From assembly GCF_009914755.1 (NCBI RefSeq), contig NC_060933.1: a stretch of 64,000 bases of DNA, one strand, 5' to 3'. Shown here piece by piece: positions 54,481-64,000 of this stretch. The stretch comes from the human T2T-CHM13v2.0 reference genome, Homo sapiens. Each line of letters begins with the position of its first letter. Position 1 is the stretch's first letter. The notes beneath the pieces were generated by a model, which was given only the letters and a program-made list of their open reading frames with translations, was not told the origin of the DNA and did no database searches. Made by a program: the position numbers and the translations under genes.

Positions 54481-57400
54481 GGAATGGAATCAACCCGAGT
54501 GCAATGGAATGGAGAGGAATGGAATGGAATGCAATGGAAACTACCCGAATGGAATGTAATGGAGTTTAAGGGAATTGAATAGAATCAATCCGAATGTAAT
54601 GGAATGGAATGGAACGGAATGGAATGGAATGGAATGGAATGGAATGTAATGGAATGCAATGGAATGGAATCAACCCGAGTGCAATCAAATGGAATCGAAT
54701 GGAATGGAATGCAATGGAATGGATTCAACTTGAATGGAATGGAAAGAATGGAATCAACACGAGTGGAATGGCATGGATTGGAATGGAATGGAATGGAATC
54801 AACCCGAGTACAGGGGAATGGAATGGAATGGAATGCAATGGAATGGAATCAACCGTAATGGAATGGAAAGGAATGGAATGGAATGGAATGGAATGGAATG
54901 GAATGGAATGGAATGGAATCAACTCGATTGCAATCGAATGGAATGGAATGGAATTAACCCGAATAGAATGGAATGGAATGGAATGGAACGGAACGGAATG
55001 GAATGGAATGGAATGGAATGGAATGGAATGGAACGGAACGGAATGGAATGGAATGTAATGGAATGGAATCAACGCGAGTGCAGGGGAATGGAATGGAATG
55101 GAATGCAATGGAATGGAATCTTCCGGAATGGAATGAAATGGAATGGAATGGAATGAAATGCAATGGATTCAACTCGATTGCAATGGAATGGAATAGAATG
55201 GAATGGAATGGAATGGAATGGAATTAATCCGAATAGAATGGAATGGAATGCAATGGAACGGAATGGAACGGAATGGAATGGAATGGAATGGAATGGAATG
55301 CAATTGTATGGAATGGAATGGAATGGTACGGAATAGAATGGAATGGAACGAATTGTAATGGAATGGAATTGAATGGAATGGAATGGAACGGAATGGAATC
55401 AACGCGAGTGCAGGGGAATGTAATGGAAAGGAATGCAATGGAATGGAATCATCCGGAATGGAATGGAATGGAATGGAATGGAATGGAATGGAATCAACCC
55501 GAGTGCAATGGAATGGAGTGGAATGGAATGGAATGGAATGGAACAACCAGAATGGAATGGAATGTAATGGAGTGTAAGGGAGTTGAATAGAATCAATCCG
55601 AATGTAATGGAATGGAATGCAACGGAATGGAATGGAATGGAATGGAATTGAATGCAATGGAATTGAATCAACCCGAGCACAGTGGAATGGAATGGAATGG
55701 AATGGAATGGAATGGAATGGAATGGAATGATACGGAATAGAATGGAATGGAACGAAATGGAATGGAATGGAATGGAATGGAATGGAATGGAATGGAATGG
55801 AATCAACCCGAGTGCAGGGGAATGGAATGGAATGGAATGCAAAGGAATGAAATCATCCGGAATGGAATGGAATGGAATGGAATGCAAAGCAATGGAATCA
55901 ACTCGATTGCAATGGAATGGAATGGAATGGAAAGGAATACATTGGAATCAACCCGAGTGGAATGGAATGGAAAGGACTGGAATGGAGTGGAATGGAATGG
56001 AATGGAATGGAATGGAATCAAATCGATTGGAATGGAATGGAATGGAATGGAATTAACCCGAATAGAATGGAATGGAATGGAATGGAACGGAACGGAATGG
56101 AATGGAATGGAATGGAATGGAATGGATGGAATGGAATGGAATCAACCCGACTGCAGGGGAATGGAATGGAATGGAAGGCAATGGAATGGATTCAACTTGA
56201 ATGGAATGGAAAGAATGGAATCAGCACGAGTGGAATGGCATGGATTGGAATGGAATGGAATGGAATCAACCCGAGTACAGGGGAATGGAATGAAATGGAA
56301 TGCAATGTAATGGAATCATCCGTAATGGAATGGAAAGGAATGGAATGGAATGGAATGGAATGGAATGGAATGGAATGGAATCAACTCGATTGCAATCGAA
56401 TGGAATGGAATGGAATTAACCCGAATAGAATGGAATGGAATGGAATGGAACGGAACGAAACGGAACGGAACGGAGTGGAATGGAATGGAATGGAATTGTA
56501 TGGAATGGAATGGCATGGTACGGAATAGAATGGAATGGAAAGAATTGGAATGGAATGGAATCGAATAGAATGGAATGGAATGGAATGGAATCAACCCGAG
56601 TGCAATGGAATGGAGTGGAATGGAATGGAATGGAATGGAACAACCCGAATGGAATGGAATGTAATGGAGAGTAAGGGAGTTGAATAGAATCAATCCGAAT
56701 GTAATGGAATGAAACGGAATGGAATGGAATGGAATGGAATGGAACGGAATGGAATGGAATGGAATGGAATGCAATGGAATGGAATCAACCCGAGTACAAT
56801 GGAACGGAATGGAATGGAATGTAATGGAGTCTAAGGGAATTGAATAGAATCAATCCGAATGTAATGGAATGGAATGGAACGGAATGGAATGGAATGGAAT
56901 GGAATGGAATGGAATGGAATGGAATGGAATGCAGTGGAATGGAATCAACCCGACTGCAATCGAATGGAATCGAATGGAATGGAATGCAATGGAATGGAAC
57001 GGAACGGATTGGAATGGAATGAAATGGAATGGAATGGAACGGAAAGGAAGGGAGTGGAATGGAATAGAATGGAATGGAATGGAATCAACGCGAGTGCAGG
57101 GGAATGGAATGGAATGGAATGCAATGGAATGGAATCTTCCGGAATGGAATGGAAAGGAATGGAATGGAATGGAATGGAATCAACCCGAGTGCAATGGAAT
57201 GGAGTGGAATGGAATGGAATGGAATGGAACAACCCGAATGGAATGGAATGTAATGGAGAGTAAGGGAGTTGAATAGAATCAATCCGAATGTAATGGAATG
57301 GAATGGAACGGAATGGAATTGAATGGAATGGAATGGAATGCAATGGAATGGAATCAACCCGAGTGCAATGGAATGGAGAGGAATGGAATGGAATGCAATG

Positions 57401-60400
57401 GAAACTACCCGAATCGAATGTAATGGAGTGTAAGGGAATTGAATAGAATCAATCCGAATGTAATGGAATGGAATGGAACGGAATGGAATGGAATGGAATG
57501 GAATGGAATGGAATGCAATGGAATGGAATCAACCCGAGTGCAATCAAATGGAATCGAATGGAATGGAATGCAATGGAATGGATTCAACTTGAATGGAATG
57601 GAAAGAATGGAATCAACACGAGTGGAATGGCATGGATTGGAATGGAATGGAATGGAATCAACCCGAGTACAGGGGAATGGAATGGAATGGAATGCAATGG
57701 AATGGAATCAACCGTAATGGAATGGAAAGGAATGGAATGGAATGGAATGGAATGGAATGGAATGGAATCAACTCGATTGCCATCGAATGGAATGGAATGG
57801 AATTAACCCGAATAGAATGGAATGGAATGGAATGGAACGGAACGGAATGGAATGGAATGGAATGGAATGGAATGGAACGGAACGGAATGGAATGGAATGG
57901 AATGGAATGGAATCAACGCGAGTGCAGGGGAATGGAATGGAATGGAATGCAATGGAATGGAATTTTCCGGAATGGAATGGAATGGAATGGAATGGAATGA
58001 AATGCAATGGATTCAACTCGATTGCAATGGAATGGAATAGAATGGAATGGAATGGAATGGAATTAATCCGAATAGAATGGAATGGAATGCAATGGAACGG
58101 AATGGAACGGAATGGAATGGAATGGAATGGAATGGAATTGTATGGAACGTAATGGAATGGTACGGAATAGAATGGAATGGAACGAATTGTAATGGAATGG
58201 AATTGAATGGAATGGAATGGAATGGAATGGAATCAACACGAGTGCAGGGGAATGTAATGGAAAGGAATGCAATGGAATGGAATCATCCGGAATGGAATGG
58301 AATGGAATGGAATGGAATGGAATCAACCCGAGTGCAATGGAATGGAGTGGAATGGAATGGAATGGAATGGAACAACCCGAATGGAATGGAATGTAATGGA
58401 GAGTAAGGTAGTTGAATAGAATCAATCCGAATGTAATGGAATGGAATGCAACGGAATGGAATGGAATGGAATGGAATGGAATGCAATGGAATTGAATCAA
58501 CCCGAGTACAATGGAATGGAATGGAATGGAATGGAATGGAATGGAATGGAATGGAATGGAATGATACGGAATAGAATGGAATGGAACGAAATGGAATGGA
58601 ATGGAATGGAATGGAATGGAATGGAATCGTTCCGAGTGGAATAGGAGGGAATGTATTCGAGTGGAATGGAAAGGAATGGTATCAACCAGAGTGGAATGGA
58701 AGGGAATGGAATGGAATGGAAACTAATAGAATGGAATCAACCCGAGTGGAATGGAATGGAAAGGACTGGAATGGAATGGAATGGAATGGAATCAACTAGA
58801 TTGTAATGGAATGGAATGGAATGGAATGGAATGGAATGGAATTAACCCGAATAAAATGGAATGGAATGGAATGGAACGGAATGGAGTGGAATGGAATGGA
58901 ATCAATCCGAGTGCAGGGGAATGGAATGGAATGGAATGCAATGGAATGGAATCATCCGGAATGGAATGGAATGGAATGGAATGCAAAGCAATGGAATCAA
59001 CTCGATTGCAATGGAATGGAATGGAATGGAAAGGAATACATTGGAATCAACCCGAGTGGAATGGAATGGAAAGGACTGGAATGGAGTGGAATGGAATGGA
59101 ATGGAATGGAATGGAATCAACTCGATTGGAATGGAATGGAATGGAATGGAATGGAATGGAATGGAATGGAATTAACCCGAATAGAATGGAATGGAATGGA
59201 ATGGAACGGAACGGAACGGAATGGAATGGAATGGAATGGAATGGAATGGAATGGAAACAACCCGACAGCAGGGGAATGGAATGGAATGGAATGGAAACAA
59301 CCCGACTGCAGGGGAATGGAATGGAATGGAATGCAAAGGAATGGATTCAACTTGAATGAAATGGAAAGAATGGGATCAACACGAGTGGAATGGCATGGAT
59401 TGGAATGGAATGGAATGGAATCAACCCGAGTACAGAGGAATGGAATGGAATGGAATGCAATGGAATGGAATCATCCGTAATGGAATGGAAAGGAATGGAA
59501 TGGAATGGAATGGAATGGAATGGAATCAACTCGATTGCAATCGAACGGAATGGAATGGAATTAACCCGAATAGAATGGAATGGAATGGAATGGAACGGAA
59601 CGGAACGGAATGGAATGGATTGGAATGGAATGGAATGGAATGGAATGGAACGGAAAGGAATGGAATGGAATGGAATGGAATGGAATGGAATGGAATGGAA
59701 TCAACGCGAGTGCAGGGGAATGGAATGGAATGGAATGCAATGGAATGGAATCTTCCGGAATGGAATGGAATGGAATGGAATGGAATGGAATGGAATGGAA
59801 TAAACCCGAGTGCAATGGAATGGAGTGGAATGGAATGGAATGGAATGGAACAACCCGAATGGAATGTAATGTAATGGAGAGTAAGGGAGTTGAATAGAAT
59901 CAATCCAAATGTAATGGAATGGAATGGAACGGAGTGGAATTGAATGGAATGGAATGGAATGGAATGGAATGGAATCAACCCGAGTTCAATGGAATGGAGA
60001 GGAATGGAATGGAATGGAATGGAAACTACCCGAATGGAATGGAATGTAATGGAGTCTAAGGGAATTGAATAGAATCAATCCGAATGTAATGGAATGGAAT
60101 GGAACGGAATGGAATGGAATGGAATGGAATGGAATGGAATGGAACGGAATGCAGTGGAATGGAATCAACCCGAGTGTAATCGAATGGAATCGAATGGAAT
60201 GGAATGCAATGGAATGGATTCAACTTGAATGGAATGGAAAGAATGGAATCAACACGAGTGGAATGGCATGGATTGGAATGTAATGGAATGGAATCAACCC
60301 GAGTACAGCGGAATGGAATGGAATGGAATGCAATGGAATGGAATCATCCGTAATGGAATGGAAAGGAATGGAATGGAATGGAATGGAATGGAATGGAATG

Positions 60401-60633
60401 GAATCAACTCGATTGCAATCGAATGGAATGGAGTGGAATTAACCCGAATAGAATGGAATGGAATGGAATGGAACGGAACGGAACGGAATGGAATGGAATG
60501 GAATGGAATGGAACGGAAAGGAAGGGAATGGGATGGAATAGAATGGAATGGAATGGAATCAACGCGAGTGCAGGGGAATGGAATGGAATGGAATGGAATG
60601 GAATGGAATGGAATGGAATGGAATGGAATGGAA

Positions 60634-63000
60634 TCAACCCGAGTGCAATGGAATGGAGTGGAATGGAATGGAATGGAATGGAACAACCCGAATGGAATGG
60701 AATGTAATGGAGACTAAGGGAGTTGAATAGAATCAATCCGAATGTAATGGAATGGAACGGAATGGAATGGAATGGAATGGAATGGAATGGAATGGAATGC
60801 AATGGAATGGAATCAACCCGAGTACAATGGAACGGAATGGAATGGAATGTAATGTAATGGAATGGAATGGAATGGAATGGAATGGAATGGAATGGAATGG
60901 AATCAACCCGAGTGCAATGGAATGGAGAGGAATGGAATGGAATGGAATGGAAACTACCCGAATGGAATGGAATGTAATGGAGCGTAAGGGAATTGAATAG
61001 AATCAATCCGAATGGAATGGAATGGAATGGAACGGAATGTAATGGAATGGAATGAAATGGATTCAACCCGAGTGCAGGCGAATGGAATGGAATGGAATGC
61101 AATGGAATGGAATCATCCGGAATGGAATGGAATGGAATGCAATGGAATGGAATGGAATGGAATCAACCCGAGTGCAATGGAATGGAGTGAAATGGAATGG
61201 AATGGAATGGAAACAACCAGAATGGATTGGAATATATTGGAGTGTAAGGGAATTGAATAGAATCAATCTGAATGTAATGAAATGGAATGGAACGGAATGG
61301 AATGGAATGGAATGGAATGCAATGGAATGGTATCAACCCGAGTGCAATCGAATGGAATCGAATGGAATGGAATGCAATGGAATGGATTCAACTTGAATGG
61401 AAAGGAAAGAATGGAATCAACACGAGTGCAATGGCATGGATTGGAATGGAATGGAATGGAATCAACCCGAGTACAGGGGAATGGAATAGAATGGAATGCA
61501 ATAGAATGGAATCATCAGTAATGGAATGGAAAGGAATGGAAAGGACTGGAATGGAATGGAATGGAATGGAATGGAATGGAATCAACTCGATTGCAATCGA
61601 AAGTATGGAATGGAATGGAATCAACTCGATTGCAATCGAATGGAATGGAATGGAATTAACCCGAATAGAATGGAATGGAATGGTATGGAACGGAACGGAA
61701 TGGAATGGAATGGAATGGAACGGAAAGGAATGGAATGGAATGGAATGAATGGAATGGAATGGAATGGAATGGAATCAACGCGCGTGCAGGGGAATGGAAT
61801 GGAATCGAATGGAATGGAAAGGAATGGAATGGAATCAACCCGAGTGCAGGGGAATGTAATGGAACGGAATGCAATGGAATGGAATCATCCGGAATGGAAT
61901 GGAATGGAATCAACCCGAGTGCAATGGAATGGAGTGGAATGGAATGGAATGGAATGGAACAACCCGAATGGAATGGAATGTAATGGAGAGTAAGGGAGTT
62001 GAAAAGAATCAATCCGAATGTAATGGAATGGAATGGAACGGAATGGAATGGAATGGAATGGAATGCAATGGAATGGAATCAACCCGAGTACAATGGAATG
62101 GAATGGAATGGAATGGAATGGAATGGAATGGAATGCAATGGAATGGAATCTTCCGGAATGGAATGGAATGGAATGGAATGGAATGCAATGGATTCAACTA
62201 GATTGCAATGGAATGGAATAGAATGGAATGGAATGGAATGGAATGGAATTAAACCGAATAGAATGGAATGGAATGGAATGGAACGGAACAGAACGGAAAG
62301 GAACGGAACGGAGTGGAATGGAATGGAATGGAATTGTATGGAATGGAATGGAATGGTACGGAATAGAATGGAATGGAAAGAATTGGAATGGAATGGAATC
62401 GAATGGAATGGAATGGAATGGAATGGAATCAACCCGAGTGCAAGGGAGTGTAATGGAACGGAATGCAATGGAATGGAATCATCCGGAATGGAATGGAATG
62501 GAATGGAGTGGAATGGAATGGAATGGAATGGAACAACCCGAATGGAATGGAATGGAATGGAGAGTAAGCGAGCTGAATAGAATCAATCCGAATGTAATGG
62601 AATGGAACGGAATGGAATGGAATGGAATGGAATGGAATGGAATGGAATGGAATGCAATGGAATGGAATCAACCCGAGTACAAAGGAAAGGAATGGAATGT
62701 AATGGAATGGAATGGAATGGAATGGAATGGAATGGAATGGAATGGAATCAACCCGAGTGCAATGGAATGGAGAGGAATGGAATGGAATGGAATGCAATGG
62801 AATGGAATCATCCGGAATGGAATGGAATGGAATGGAATGCAAACCAATGGAATCAACTCGATTGCAATGGAATGGAATGGAATGGAAAGGAATACATTGG
62901 AATCAACCCGAGTGGAATGGAATGGAAAGGACTGGAATGGAGTGGAATGGAATGGAATGGAATGGAATGGAATCAACTCGATTGGAATGGAATGGAATGG
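60634..63000 (+). repeat. Dispersed duplication, copy B (partner ~50565-52950)
   Basis: Same private words in the same order, with small indels, e.g. loss of the CAACCCGAGCGC word near 62500. Confidence 0.88.
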
Positions 63001-64000
63001 AATGGAATGGAATGGAATGGAATGGAATGGAATCAACCCGAGTTCAATGGAATGGAGAGGAATGGAATGGAATGGAATGGAAACTACCCGAATGGAATGG
63101 AATGTAATGGAGTCTAAGGGAATTGAATAGAATCAATCCGAATGTAATGGAATGGAATGGAACGGAATGGAATGGAATGGAATGGAATGGAATGGAATGC
63201 AGTGGAATGGAATCAACCCGAGTGCAATCGAATGGAATCGAATGGAATGGAATGCAATGGAATGGATTCAACTTGAATGGAATGGAAAGAATGGAATCAA
63301 CACGAGTGGAATGGCATGGATTGGAATGGAATGGAATGGAATCAACCCGAGTACAGCGGAATGGAATGGAATGGAATGCAATGGAATGGAATCATCCATA
63401 ATGGAATGGAAAGGAATGGAATGGAATGGAATGGAATGGAATGGAATCAACTCGATTGCAATCGAATGGAATGGAGTGGAATTAACCCGAATAGAATGGA
63501 ATGGAATGGAATGGAACGGAACGGAACGGAATGGAATGGAATGGAATGGAATGGAACGGAAAGGAAGGGAATGGAATGGAATAGAATGGAATGGAATGGA
63601 ATCAACGCGAGTGCAGGGGAATGGAATGGAATGGAATGCAATGGAATGGAATCTTCCGGAATGGAATGGAATGGAATGGAATGGAATTGAATGGAATCAA
63701 CCCGATTGCAATGGAATGGAGTGGAATGGAATGGAATGGAATGGAACAACCCGAATGGAATGGAATGTAATGGAGAGTAAGGGAGTTGAATAGAATCAAT
63801 CCGAATGTAATGGAATGGAATGGAACGGAATGGAATTGAATGGAATGGAATGGAATGCAATGGAATGGAATCAACCCGAGTGCAATGGAATGGAGAGGAA
63901 TGGAATGGAATGCAATGGAAACTACCCGAATGGAATGTAATGGAGTGTAAGGGAATTGAATAGAATCAATCCGAATGTAATGGAATGGAATGGAACGGAA

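Larger units (their letters stand above)
1..64000 (+). repeat. Satellite 3 (HSat3/SatIII) array, (GGAAT)n purine-rich strand on +
   Basis: Continuous GGAAT pentamers interspersed with CAACCCGAGT/CAACCCGAAT decamers, the classical Satellite 3 signature. I saw no unique sequence and no switch to (CATTC)n. Species (human vs other ape) and chromosome are inferred, not shown. Confidence 0.97.
43452..64000 (+). repeat. Distal dialect-B mosaic array without a regular HOR
   Basis: Essentially B-type words throughout. Blocks recur at irregular offsets (~1.5, 3.05, 5.47, 6.1, 9.3, 10.07 and 10.8 kb). Confidence 0.85.

Noticed and set aside
1-64000. CRISPR-like array (conserved words separated by spacers)
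   Set aside because: The 'spacers' are just (GGAAT)n of variable length rather than unique sequence. There are no cas genes, and the context is eukaryotic satellite.
1-64000. HSat2, alpha satellite or telomeric repeat
   Set aside because: There is no dominant CATTCGATTC-type HSat2 pattern, 171-bp monomer or TTAGGG. The CAACCCGAGT decamer indicates Satellite 3.
1-64000. EWS-FLI1-type GGAA microsatellite enhancer
   Set aside because: Those elements are consecutive tetramer (GGAA)n runs, whereas the period here is 5.

Overview
The whole window is primate (most likely human) pericentromeric Satellite 3 (HSat3/SatIII): (GGAAT)n on the + strand, punctuated by CAACCCGA(G/A)T-type words, with no strand inversion seen. 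I see no genes, RNA genes, transposons or CRISPR arrays. All listed ORFs (poly-MEWNG / poly-IPFHS) are by-products of the stop-free pentamer. The array has layered structure. (1) There are two sequence dialects: 'A' (1-~7100) and 'B' (~7100 onward). (2) A ~10.3-kb higher-order repeat (HOR) occurs in four tandem copies (2160-43451). It captures the A/B boundary and gives an A-B-A-B-A-B-A-B pattern. (3) Diagnostic variants suggest copies 2 and 3 are recombinant hybrids of copies 4 and 1. (4) The distal B-only region is a mosaic with a 1.5-kb tandem duplication and several dispersed duplications. (5) About 40 perfect heat-shock elements (GAAnnTTCnnGAA) occur only in dialect B, and one sits at each HOR junction. 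All coordinates and counts were read by eye. Chromosome and HSat3 subfamily cannot be assigned without alignment.
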